Virus record (IMG/VR): IMGVR_UViG_3300005096_000005 | Coordinates: 1-64,000 of that record | Direction: 5' to 3' (one strand) | From: a virus | DNA length: 64,000 nucleotides | Part shown: positions 16,460 through 25,851 of the stretch, piece by piece | Position numbering within the stretch: the first letter of the stretch is position 1 | Layout: the number at the start of each line of letters is the position of its first letter | Notes under the pieces: model-generated | The model's input: the letters and a program-made list of their open reading frames with translations, nothing else | Databases searched by the model: none | What the model was told of the DNA's origin: nothing | Translations under genes and position numbers: made by a program

Positions 16460-16603
16460 CTTTGCCAACTATCTGCAATAGTAATATTGCAATGTCAACT
16501 CGCTGACATAAAATAGGAGTGTGAACCAGGTACCTGGGGATCAGTCGCAGAGTAGGGCTAAGGCGCGGCACTGCGACGCACAAGTAAAAAGTGGGCGCCA
16601 GAC

Positions 16604-16676
16604 GGGTCCTTAGTTCAGCCGGGAGAACAGCAGCTTTGCAAGCTGAAGGTCCGGGGTTCAAGTCCCCGAGGATCCA
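16604..16676 (+). tRNA. tRNA-Ala (TGC)
   Basis: Cloverleaf, anticodon TGC, G3:U70. Confidence 0.9.
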
Positions 16677-16697
16677 TTCAATCAGTTTTAGCACTAT

Positions 16698-16773
16698 GGA
16701 CTATTAGGCTCAGCGGTAGAGCGCAGGTCCCGACGGGAAGCCTAAGTCCCTGGTTCGAATCCAGGATAGTCCA
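16698..16773 (+). ncRNA. tRNA-like RNA with aberrant anticodon arm
   Basis: GGACTAT/ATAGTCC, normal D and T arms; anticodon arm AGGTCCCGACGGGAAGCCT lacks a 7-nt loop. Confidence 0.65.
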
Positions 16774-16950
16774 CTATGGAAGTACTACCGTTCGCCATTG
16801 ATGAGGAAGGAGAGCCGATTGAACCTCGCAGGAGGCCGCCCAGGTCGTGGGTTAAGCCACCAATAACCCTCCGCAGAAGGGTTCCGAAATCGCCTCATGT
16901 CCCATCAGATGAGGCGCAACGAGTCCCTGAGGTAGCAAGGAGAGTTCAAG

Positions 16951-17241
16951 ATGCCAGTTCCCGAAATGACAACGGAAGTGCATTACGGCGTAGTGAAGAC
17001 ATGTAACCCTACAGTTGAGAAGTTAAGACATGCAGAAAGCCTGTGCTATAACTGCGAGAGGTTTAAGCCTGGCAAAGATCACAATTGTCCGGCTGCGAAT
17101 GACTTCTTCCAGGCAGGACAGAAGTGGCAGATATCCGTTATCATAACGCAATGTCCTACCGATATGTTCATCCCTGCAGAAGAGAACTATTATATTCTGC
17201 AAGAACAATCAGGAGACCCCTTTGGCCTGGATACGCCATAG
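16951..17241 (+). CDS. Cys-rich hypothetical protein
   Basis: AGGAG SD; CYNC...C...CP. Confidence 0.5.
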   Translation: MPVPEMTTEVHYGVVKTCNPTVEKLRHAESLCYNCERFKPGKDHNCPAANDFFQAGQKWQISVIITQCPTDMFIPAEENYYILQEQSGDPFGLDTP

Positions 17242-17244
17242 TAT

Positions 17245-17317
17245 AGGTCGGTAGCTCAACTGGTAGAGCGTCAGTCTCCAAAACTGAAGGTCGCAGGTTC
17301 GATTCCTGTCCGGCCTG
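17245..17317 (+). tRNA. tRNA-Trp (CCA)
   Basis: Cloverleaf, TCAGT-CT CCA AA-ACTGA, G73. Confidence 0.92.
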
Positions 17318-17610
17318 TTCCGTACTATGAGAGACAGCGATGTCAAAGTGGTGTGAAGCTCTTGAGATATATAGAAAGTCTCATCCTGACCTGAAACCGA
17401 TGGAAAGAGACCCGGGTTGCAATGTCTTTGCACCCAATGAATACACACGAGAACATGGCGTTACACAATGCCGAGGCTGTAGATGTTTTCTATATGCTCA
17501 CGGGAAACTTGATCCGTATAGTCAATTGATACATGATGTGATAAAGAAAAAGAGGGAGGATCCTGATTGGTCCTGGTGACTCAGGGGGTCCGGAAGATAA
17601 TGTAACAATT

Positions 17611-17685
17611 CGGGATGTAGGCCAGTCAGGTTAAGCCGCGCGGTTTGGGACCACGAGACCCTCAGTTCGAATCTGAGCATCCCGA
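17611..17685 (+). tRNA. tRNA-Pro (TGG)
   Basis: CGGGATG/CATCCCG, TT TGG GA. Confidence 0.88.
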
Positions 17686-17710
17686 CTTTAGGACAAGCAA
17701 ACTATCTATA

Positions 17711-17783
17711 GGGGTGGAAGCTCAATTGGACGAGCACCGGACTGTCGATTCGAAGGTTGCGGGTTCGAACCCCGTACACCCCG
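17711..17783 (+). tRNA. tRNA-Asp (GTC)
   Basis: Cloverleaf, CT GTC GA, G73. Confidence 0.85.
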
Positions 17784-18249
17784 TATGCCAACACTGACAT
17801 GTAAATGTGGAGCCCATATTACATGGAGAAAGAAACTCCGCTATAAGAGATGTCCGGCCTGCGCCAGACTCATCAATGCCTCCGTTGAAGACGAAGGAGT
17901 TATCGATCTTGTTGAGCTGCCAGATGGAACGTTCGGTTGTCCGGAGAGTGTGTGGGACGAACGCAAAAAGATTCTGGAGCTAATCAAAGAAGGAGAACAT
18001 AATGACAGACATTCTAACACTTGACATCTATGAACTGGAAGACCTTAGCATTATCTATGAAGCTCTTAAGAAAGATACGCCTCAGGGGATCAGTACATCT
18101 ACCATCACACTTTTTCGGGATCAGAAAGAACGACTTCACGTTAACATTACTTTAAAGCCAATAGATGAAGTAAAAACCGTAGCGCTCACAGTAAACATGC
18201 GAAAGGAAGGTGATGAAGATGGATGTTGACAAAGCTGAGAAGACGAGAC

Positions 18250-18322
18250 ACACGCGAAGCTCAACAGGATGAGCATCTGACTTTTAATCAGAAGGAAGTC
18301 GGTTCGAGTCCGACCGCGTGTA
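18250..18322 (+). tRNA. tRNA-Lys (TTT)
   Basis: TCTGA-CT TTT AA-TCAGA. Confidence 0.9.
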
Positions 18323-18338
18323 TTCGGAGGAAGTAATA

Positions 18339-18914
18339 ATGAGTATGGGACTGGAAGAAGCAAAAGAGTTGATGTGTAGAGCACATGAGTTGCAACTCCG
18401 AAAAGACGGAAGCCCCTTCTACACCCATCCTCTGGGTGTCCTTGATATCGCGCTTAATGAATGCCCATGGGACCCTGATGAAGAATATCAGATAGGTCTT
18501 TTGCTCCATGACATCATAGAAGATACCACCATGACAGAGAACGACCTCATCAGACACGGAGTGCCACTGAAGTCTGTTGGGTTTGTTATGCAGCTTACCA
18601 AGTACGAGAACCCAGAGCATGGGAGGTTTCAAAGGTATAGAGCAAAGCTCCTTAATTCGAGTCCTGAAGTAAGAGCTGGGAAGCTTTGTGATATGATCCA
18701 TAACTCAAGAAGCCTTTTACTTCTGCCTGATAACCTTAAAGATAAGAATACGTTTACACGTTTCATGATAGATAGATGTAACACATTCGGCAACGAACTA
18801 GCAGTCTCTCTGAACCAGTACAGAGGAATCTGGGCTACGGTGAAACTGTGGTGGCAGGTCAGCTTCGAAGAAGTTCTGGACAGACTTGAAGATGCCGGGT
18901 GGCCAAGCTGGTAA
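18339..18914 (+). CDS. HD-domain small alarmone hydrolase-like ((p)ppGpp hydrolase, SpoT/Mesh1 type)
   Basis: AHELQLRKDGSPFYTHP; LLHDIIEDT; KLCDMIHN; GGAGG SD. Confidence 0.8.
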   Translation: MSMGLEEAKELMCRAHELQLRKDGSPFYTHPLGVLDIALNECPWDPDEEYQIGLLLHDIIEDTTMTENDLIRHGVPLKSVGFVMQLTKYENPEHGRFQRYRAKLLNSSPEVRAGKLCDMIHNSRSLLLLPDNLKDKNTFTRFMIDRCNTFGNELAVSLNQYRGIWATVKLWWQVSFEEVLDRLEDAGWPSW

Positions 18915-18965
18915 GGCGCCGCACTGTTAATGCGGACAGCGCAGGTTCGAGTCCTGTCCCGGCAG
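18893..18965 (+). tRNA. tRNA-Asn (GTT)
   Basis: CCGCA-CT GTT AA-TGCGG, G73. Confidence 0.9.
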
Positions 18966-19286
18966 TACCTGAAAGGAGTTTTTCGGCATGAAAACAGAAC
19001 GAGAGGTAATTGATAAGATTCAAGCAAAGCTCAAAGAGATACACTCTCCTGACATGGAGCACATACAATTGATAGTGGATGCTACACTTGAAGTTCTGTG
19101 TGATAACCTCTGCCGTAAAGGGGACCTTGGATGTGCAAGGTGGTTCCGGGAGAAACCGGGATCATTCTTCACTTTCCAGGTGGGACCACGGGGTCTTAAT
19201 GATGGAGTTGCCACTCCTCGCCTCACTGGAGAATGGATAATCAGCCAGAATGGGCGCACAGCGTTTCGTGTCAGAGGTATAGAGTC

Positions 19287-19359
19287 GCCCTCGTAGCTCA
19301 GAGGATAGAGCTGTGGGCTACGAACCCACGAGTCGCAGGTTCGACTCCTGCCGAGGGCT
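19287..19359 (+). tRNA. tRNA-Arg (ACG)
   Basis: GTGGG-CT ACG AA-CCCAC. Confidence 0.9.
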
Positions 19360-19718
19360 TGAAAATGATAAGAACAGGAGATCAAGCATGGGGAAAGATG
19401 ACACCTTTAATGACCTCGAAGACAGTCTAAGCGAGAAGTGCAAAGAGTGCTTCGATGCGTGTGTAGACGAGTATGTAAACGGAGACTCTCCGCGCAGTCA
19501 GTGGTGTATCCTGGATGAGTGTGAATTCTACGAGGAACAAGAATGAGACGAACCGAACTGATAGCAAAACTAGTTGTCGCTGAGATGGAGCGCATGGATA
19601 GCCAATCTCTTGGAGCCATATTGCAGGAAGGATGTCGGGGCTTTGATAATATGAGCAACGAGGAACTTGTAGATGTTGCAAATGACATATATGATATGAA
19701 CATTAGACTGGAGGACAA

Positions 19719-19955
19719 ATGAAGACAGGAATATATGAACACTATAAGGGCGGGCTGTATGCAGTAATCGATACGGTCCTTAATGTAGACGAAGACGAAG
19801 CAGTAGAGTCTGTCATCTATGTCTCGTTAAATGAGGATAACTATGGACAGAAGTTTGTCCAGCGGGAGGACAGGTTCAGAGGCTCGATCTTCCCGGCGCA
19901 TACAGAGGAAAGGTTCAAGTTCATCTGCCCGCTTCCACCACAAATTGAGGTGTAA
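19719..19955 (+). CDS. DUF1653-family protein
   Basis: GIYEHYKGGLY...VIYVSL...ERF. Confidence 0.7.
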   Translation: MKTGIYEHYKGGLYAVIDTVLNVDEDEAVESVIYVSLNEDNYGQKFVQREDRFRGSIFPAHTEERFKFICPLPPQIEV

Positions 19956-19967
19956 AGACCAAAAGCT

Positions 19968-20041
19968 GCTCCCGTAGCTGAAACTGGCTATAGCGGCGCA
20001 CTTGTAATGCGTAGATATGGGTTCGATTCCCTTCGGGAGCT
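19968..20041 (+). tRNA. tRNA-Thr (TGT)
   Basis: GCGCA-CT TGT AA-TGCGT. Confidence 0.85.
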
Positions 20042-20494
20042 TTTTGTGGTACAATACCAGACTTAAAGGAGGTGTATCAGATGCGGGCGCAACTGAACTG
20101 CCCGGCCTGTAATAGTATGAGGGAACACAAAGTACTCGTCACAGGCAATGGCAGCAACATCGTAACGTGCCTCTGCTGCTTTACAACACGGAGCATAAAA
20201 GAGGCAGAGGTATGCCAGGGTAGCTCAGATAGTAAAGCTCCAGCTTCTGGCACTAAGAAAGGATAGAAGAATGAACGAAGTAGATATGGCAAGAAAGATG
20301 ATTCAGGAACTCGATGACGGTGTCGAAAACAATGACTTCGAAGTCAGCGACTGGGAGTGTGACTTTCTGGACAACCTCAGGGATCACCTGGAGACAGCAA
20401 ATCATCTGAGCGACGCTCAGTACAATAAGCTCGAAGAGATTCATAGAGCAAAGATATAAGGAGAGAACAGTATGGATATTGCAGAGATTGGATC

Positions 20495-20566
20495 GGGCGT
20501 GTAACTCAGCGGTAGAGTACGGCGCTGATAACGCCGGAGTCACTGGTTCAATTCCAGTCACGCCCA
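20495..20566 (+). tRNA. tRNA-Ile (GAT)
   Basis: CGGCG-CT GAT AA-CGCCG. Confidence 0.9.
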
Positions 20567-20592
20567 TTAGTACAAAGAAAGGAAGTAACAGT

Positions 20593-20796
20593 ATGGCAGA
20601 GAGCGGTACAGTAAAATGGTTCGATGGAGCAAAAGGTTTCGGCTTTATCGAACGCAGCGATGGCGAGGATGTCTTTGTGCATTACTCAGACATTCAGGCT
20701 CAGGGTTATAAGACTCTCGACGAAGGTCAACGAGTCTCCTTCGACATTGCAGAAGGACCCAAAGGGGACAAGGCTGTCAACGTCATTCCGATGTAA
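20593..20796 (+). CDS. csp: Cold-shock protein
   Basis: [15 protein letters not shown]...DVFVHYS...GQRVSF RNP1/RNP2. Confidence 0.95.
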   Translation: MAESGTVKWFDGAKGFGFIERSDGEDVFVHYSDIQAQGYKTLDEGQRVSFDIAEGPKGDKAVNVIPM

Positions 20797-20802
20797 GCAG
20801 CC

Positions 20803-20877
20803 GGGCCTTTAGCTCAGCCCGGTCAGAGCAGCGGACTCATAATCCGTAGGTCGGAGGTTCAAATCCTTCAAGGCCCA
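20803..20877 (+). tRNA. tRNA-CAT (Ile2-like or elongator Met)
   Basis: GGGCCTT/AAGGCCC; GCGGA-CT CAT AA-TCCGT. Confidence 0.85.
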
Positions 20878-21433
20878 CTATGTTATTCACAATAGGTAAA
20901 GAGAAACCCTACGACGAACTCCTTGTCAGACACGGAAGGTTAAGGAAGGGCATAGGCGGCTTTGCGTTCGTTAACAAAGCAGAAGCCCTCGAAGAGGCCA
21001 GGCGTCTGACTGCAGGAAAGAGTAAGATAGTGGGTCTTCCAAAAGGAGCGTACTCAGTATACCTGATGGAGGGTAACGTGGGCGATGTCATACCGCGCAA
21101 ACATACCGGGTCCGACTCTACATATCCAAGCCTAAAGTTCCCACGGAGGATAATCCGGAAGGTCAAGTGATTGGAAAGACTCCAATAAGTAATAGTCTTA
21201 TTGGAAGTTCAGTATCAAACTACCATTAAGGGTGGAGATAGAAGTGACATACAGTTGTTCAGATACAGTAATGGACCTGGCGAATAAAGTGTGCGGCCGG
21301 TGCCCATGCCTACAAGAATGCTCAGAACGGGAAAGCTCGGAAACACTGACAGCATGCATTATTGAATTGCTTGAGGATCATGTTGGGCTTCCGATAGAAT
21401 GGCCAGATACAAAAGAGATTCCCGAGACATAAA

Positions 21434-21506
21434 GCCCCGGTAGCTCAGCGGATAGAGCAGCCGGCTTCTACCCGGCGTGTCGGAGGTTCGATTCCTTCTC
21501 GGGGTA
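21434..21506 (+). tRNA. tRNA-Arg (TCT)
   Basis: GCCGG-CT TCT AC-CCGGC. Confidence 0.88.
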
Positions 21507-21688
21507 TGGAGGAACTATTATGACAAATACTTGTGCAAGAGGTATCCAGGACGGAGAGGGGCCGAACGCTCCTATCAGTTGCAGTGCCCTGACAGAGAAA
21601 GTTGACGATCAGAACATCCGGAAACCCTGTCCTTTCAGCAGAGATGGCAGAATCCAGCGGATGTGTGGCATGTATGAAAAGAAGTAAC

Positions 21689-21761
21689 GCGGTGGTAGCT
21701 CAATTGGCAGAGCGCTGGCCTTCCAAGCCAGAGGTTGCGGGTTCGAGGCCCGTCAACCGCT
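21689..21761 (+). tRNA. tRNA-Gly (TCC)
   Basis: CTGGC-CT TCC AA-GCCAG, U73. Confidence 0.9.
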
Positions 21762-21763
21762 AC

Positions 21764-22004
21764 GACATGTGGAAGTAGCTTAGAGCCAAACAACACGTGG
21801 ATGGCCCCTCGTTGTAAGACTGCAGTGTGCTACTCATATCACATGATACGGGATGGACCTGCAGCGTTCGAGTATGAAGCGTGGCTCCGCACAGGACAAA
21901 GGCTCAGTAAGACCTCGGGACGTCTCGAGTGTAATCGGAACACAGGGCCACCGATACCGAGGGAAGTTACCCAAACTACAACGGGCAACGTGCGGCCTCA
22001 TGTC
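21764..22004 (+). ncRNA. Unidentified structured RNA between two tRNA-Gly genes
   Basis: Terminal stem GACATGTGG/CCTCATGTC plus nested stems and possible pseudoknots. Confidence 0.55.
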
Positions 22005-22007
22005 AAA

Positions 22008-22080
22008 GCGGCGATAGCTCAACCGGTAGAGCACCAGTCTGCCAGTCTGGAGGCCGTGGGTTCGACTCCCACTCGTCGCT
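22008..22080 (+). tRNA. tRNA-Gly (GCC)
   Basis: Cloverleaf, CT GCC AG, U73. Confidence 0.88.
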
Positions 22081-22232
22081 CTATATTGAAGGGTCTGGTA
22101 ATATGAGTATCCTTATAAAGATATGTATCCTGTTATTCTGGATTCTGTCCTCGATTGCTATTTGGCGAGCGGTTGACAGCGTTACGTCCATACAAGAAGA
22201 GCAGGACACTTCAGATGACGCGAAACTTTAAT

Positions 22233-22304
22233 AGCCTCGTAGCCAAGAGGTAAGGCGTCGGGCTTTGGACTCGATATTCGCTGGTTCGAATCCAGCCGGG
22301 GCTT
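22233..22304 (+). tRNA. tRNA-Gln (TTG)
   Basis: TCGGG-CT TTG GA-CTCGA. Confidence 0.88.
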
Positions 22305-22662
22305 TGGAGAGAAACATGAGAGTCGACATTAAGGAGATACTAAGAGATCCTATCAAGAAACGTAAGCTATTCACAGGAGTAATCAGGTTTCTTCACTGGA
22401 TAGGGTCTGATTGTAGAGGCGAAATTACACAGGAGCAGGCCGAGGATATCTACGACCTGACGTTCGACGAGAAAGTCCCTGTCGACTTTCCTGCTCCTGT
22501 AGAATGGACAGCAAACACAGACATGAAGTTTACATCACACGAGCGACAACGTATAATAATGTCCTACAAATATAACAGGCCATGGGTATCCCATAGGCCA
22601 GATATAAAGGAGGTGAACCCAGATGGGAAGTGACTCCGGATCATCAGGAAGTTCGACAAGCA

Positions 22663-22752
22663 GGAGAGGCCAGCCGATAGATGGCGACGGCAGCGGTCTT
22701 GAAAACCGAAGGTCCTTAACAGGACGTGTGGGTTCGACCCCCACCCTCTCCG
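22663..22752 (+). tRNA. tRNA-Ser (TGA)
   Basis: CT TGA AA; long variable arm GTCCT-TAAC-AGGAC; G73. Confidence 0.88.
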
Positions 22753-22896
22753 CTACTTGTGAACATGACTGGGACTTCTGGCATGATATCTCTTTCGTAA
22801 CCCAGACAGACGGAAACATGGGCGTATGCGTAAAGATGATGTGCAAGAAGTGTGGCGTTACCAAACATACTAACCCATTGTGTGTTCACGCATAAA

Positions 22897-22983
22897 GGAA
22901 GGTTGACAGAGAGGTTAATCGTGCCTGATTGCTAATCAGTGCGTCGTGAAAGCGACACGGAGGTTCGAATCCTTCACCTTCCG
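22897..22983 (+). tRNA. tRNA-Ser (GCT)
   Basis: TT GCT AA; long variable arm; G73. Confidence 0.88.
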
Positions 22984-23029
22984 TTACCTACTACCAGGGA
23001 CGATAGGATCGTCCAGAAAGAGGTGACAC

Positions 23030-24553
23030 ATGACAGACATGTCAAGAGAAGAAAGAGATTACAGGACACAGATGCTTAATGCAGTCCTGGTTACACCCCA
23101 CAGAGATCGCAAAGGTACCAAGAAAGACACAAGTGCTCACCAGCATACCCGTGAGACATTACTCAGTTACCACAACGAACTCCTGCAGAATGACCCCCTT
23201 TTCTATGGGAAACTCGGATACTGGTATATGCAGAATGGAAGCATTCGGGATCACATGGAAGCCTTTGTAGGCAACATGTTCCTGAGTCCGGTTCCCGAGC
23301 ATCGTGACGCAGCTCACGTGATCGTATCGAAAGGAGATCAGTTTGCTCCTTACCAAATTCCCCGGCTTATTGACTTCGTCGAGAAGGATCAGGGTCGAAA
23401 CATGCCCCGTTGCATGAAAAAGGCCATCCATCGTTGGATCGATCAACTCGAATCAGACACAGCCAGGTTTGATGGTGCCGCATTACATGCTCGCAAGCAT
23501 CTGAAGTACGTTGCCAGAAAAACACGGAGCCACCTGTCTGAAAGGTCCAGGGGTATTCTCTTCACTAAAGAATATCCTGAAGGTTCAGTGTTCGAAGCAC
23601 TGAGACGCATGTCTAATGAGGACATGGAACCGCAGGAAGTCGCAGAGACTATCGTCAAGCATAAGATTCCGCTGAGGATAGCAGGTGCGTATATGAAAGC
23701 GGTTACACCTACTGTCCTCTGCGCAGTAGTTCATAATATGTCGTCCCAGGAACTCATCAACAACGTGGGCTGGCTGCAGGATCGCGGAGCCCTGGACAAT
23801 GAAGACCTCAAAGCTCTGGTCCAGGAAAAGCTGAAGAAGGCAAGGAAAGACAAAAACGTGGCCGCCATGAAAACAAGGACGGCTATCAGTACAGGTCGTG
23901 TCCATGACGAGAGTATCATGGAACAACTCCAGGAAGTAGGAGACGAACAGCTCAAAGCCAAAGGACGCATCCGCAGAGATACACTCCTGTCAATCGACAA
24001 GTCAGGATCAATGTACAATTCAATTCGCCTGGGAGTGGAGCTCGGGTCACTTATTGCCCAGTCACTGGAAGATGGCGCAGCGCTTTATGCGTTCGCGTTC
24101 GACACAGCTCCGTACGAGCTGGGCAACCCGGGGCCAAGAATGTCTGACTGGGAGAAGGCTCTCAAGTTCATCAAAGCAGGCGGAGGGACAGCATGCGGTG
24201 CTCCCACGACAGTCCTTACCAGGAAGGATATTATGGTAGAGAACATCGTCATCATATCTGATGGTGGTGACGGTTGCTCTCCGTTCTTCGACAACGCCTA
24301 CACAGAATACGTGAACAAGACCGGAGCAAAGCCTCTTGTCACGTTCATTGCTATCGATACTGCAGGCAATATACCGGGTAGACAGACACGTCTCGGGAAT
24401 GAGATCGAAGATCTGAAGATTGAACACAGAATCATCGACTTCAAAGGAGACAAGTACAGTCTTCCAGACGTCATTACCATCCTGTCCAGGCCGTCAATGT
24501 TTGATCTCGTTATGGAGATCATGGCTATCGAGCTGCCCAAACGTGCGGCATAA
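23030..24553 (+). CDS. Ro60/TROVE-like protein (helical N-terminal domain + C-terminal vWA)
   Basis: DPLFYGKLGYWY...IRD; MSSQELINNVGWL..RG; IDKSGSM MIDAS, GGTAC, ISDG; size and architecture like Ro60. Confidence 0.75.
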   Translation: MTDMSREERDYRTQMLNAVLVTPHRDRKGTKKDTSAHQHTRETLLSYHNELLQNDPLFYGKLGYWYMQNGSIRDHMEAFVGNMFLSPVPEHRDAAHVIVSKGDQFAPYQIPRLIDFVEKDQGRNMPRCMKKAIHRWIDQLESDTARFDGAALHARKHLKYVARKTRSHLSERSRGILFTKEYPEGSVFEALRRMSNEDMEPQEVAETIVKHKIPLRIAGAYMKAVTPTVLCAVVHNMSSQELINNVGWLQDRGALDNEDLKALVQEKLKKARKDKNVAAMKTRTAISTGRVHDESIMEQLQEVGDEQLKAKGRIRRDTLLSIDKSGSMYNSIRLGVELGSLIAQSLEDGAALYAFAFDTAPYELGNPGPRMSDWEKALKFIKAGGGTACGAPTTVLTRKDIMVENIVIISDGGDGCSPFFDNAYTEYVNKTGAKPLVTFIAIDTAGNIPGRQTRLGNEIEDLKIEHRIIDFKGDKYSLPDVITILSRPSMFDLVMEIMAIELPKRAA

Positions 24554-24993
24554 TGGCAAAGTGTCATATCTGTAATAACGAAGTACCTGGTGCCAGACAG
24601 GGAACTCGCTACTGCGAAGCCTGTAAGGCTCAGCATGCTATTGATATACTGGTGGCCCGGTCTGCGGACCGGGCTGCCTTACTTTACACGAATGGGACGC
24701 TCGACAGGATGCAGCGTCTCGGAGATCTTCTGATTACAGGTCAGAGTATGTCCGAGGCGGCGCGTCGCTTAAACATATCCAGAACACGTCTCTATGACTT
24801 CGTTGACACATATAATCTCACAGACTACGTGCACGTATGTCAGGCTATGGGAAAAACATCAAACCTCGATGTATCAAAAGAGATGGATATTACTCGTAGG
24901 GAGCTCCTCGCTTCAGCAATCAAGTGTGCGATTGAAGGTGACATGAATGGATATAGGAAGCCTGATGAGCAAGATGAAGGCGTTGGACCATGA
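24553..24993 (+). CDS. Zn-finger + HTH DNA-binding protein
   Basis: CHIC...YCEAC; SMSEAARRLNISRTRLY HTH. Confidence 0.65.
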   Translation: MAKCHICNNEVPGARQGTRYCEACKAQHAIDILVARSADRAALLYTNGTLDRMQRLGDLLITGQSMSEAARRLNISRTRLYDFVDTYNLTDYVHVCQAMGKTSNLDVSKEMDITRRELLASAIKCAIEGDMNGYRKPDEQDEGVGP

Positions 24994-25843
24994 TTTACTA
25001 ACCACAGAGTTCATTGCCCCATACATTGGAGGACCTATCATCACGCGTATCGCCGGCATCGTCTATACATTCAGCCCCTATAGAATGAGCAGAAACAGGA
25101 ATGCATATCCGTGGCCAAAAACAGACCATGGAATATTCCGGTGGAAACCTATAGATACCAAGCGAGCTATCGCGCAACCGACAGGCCGGCTGGCATACCA
25201 TGAGTATCGTAAGTTTCTTGAACACTTCCCTATTCTCAAGGTAATCGTGATCCGTCGCCATGAAGGACAGTGGCTTACAGTTCCATGGAATGCTGAAGAA
25301 GTCTATACACGTTTTGGTATCGGTGGAGTACTTCCTGTTTACCTGTGCGATAGAGTAGAGCGCTTTGATGTAGTTAACGTGGCGTTTACTCCGGAACTGA
25401 TCTATATGGACCGGGCGAGACTGAGCGCTGGCTGGTTGCGGGAACTGAAAAGAACATGCTCCGGAGAACAACTTCCCGCCGACCCATACAACGTCCCGGG
25501 ACTTCCTCCGGAAGGCAGAACAGCTCTTGACTATCTGCTGAAGCGAGATGAGGAGTTGAAGATAGCTCTTGAAGAGCAAAGAATAAGAACAGCTCTTGGC
25601 CACATGGATGCTGAACTTGTATCCTACATGGATCAGGGGCCAAATCAGCTCGTCGTTAGATGGAAGTACCGTGGCATTGAGTACCGTACAGTAGTACAAA
25701 AGGACAACCTGGAAGTTGTATCCGCAGGTATATGCCTGAGTGGTCAGGACCGTAAGTTTGATCTAACGTCAATCGTCTCTGTTATGCGGGAACGTCAGGA
25801 TAGATGGGGCGATGATCACTTTAATCAACACGATCTTTATTGA
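24947..25843 (+). CDS. Conserved hypothetical protein with C-terminal SAGICLSG motif (candidate E2-like)
   Basis: ORF track; GICL motif after beta-meander-like segment; adjacent to Ro-like gene. Confidence 0.55.
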   Translation: MDIGSLMSKMKALDHDLLTTEFIAPYIGGPIITRIAGIVYTFSPYRMSRNRNAYPWPKTDHGIFRWKPIDTKRAIAQPTGRLAYHEYRKFLEHFPILKVIVIRRHEGQWLTVPWNAEEVYTRFGIGGVLPVYLCDRVERFDVVNVAFTPELIYMDRARLSAGWLRELKRTCSGEQLPADPYNVPGLPPEGRTALDYLLKRDEELKIALEEQRIRTALGHMDAELVSYMDQGPNQLVVRWKYRGIEYRTVVQKDNLEVVSAGICLSGQDRKFDLTSIVSVMRERQDRWGDDHFNQHDLY

Positions 25844-25851
25844 GGAAACGT

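Noticed and set aside
15014-16694. Short ORFs in the ORF track over the RNA array
   Set aside because: No SD sites or protein motifs; they overlap clear RNA structures
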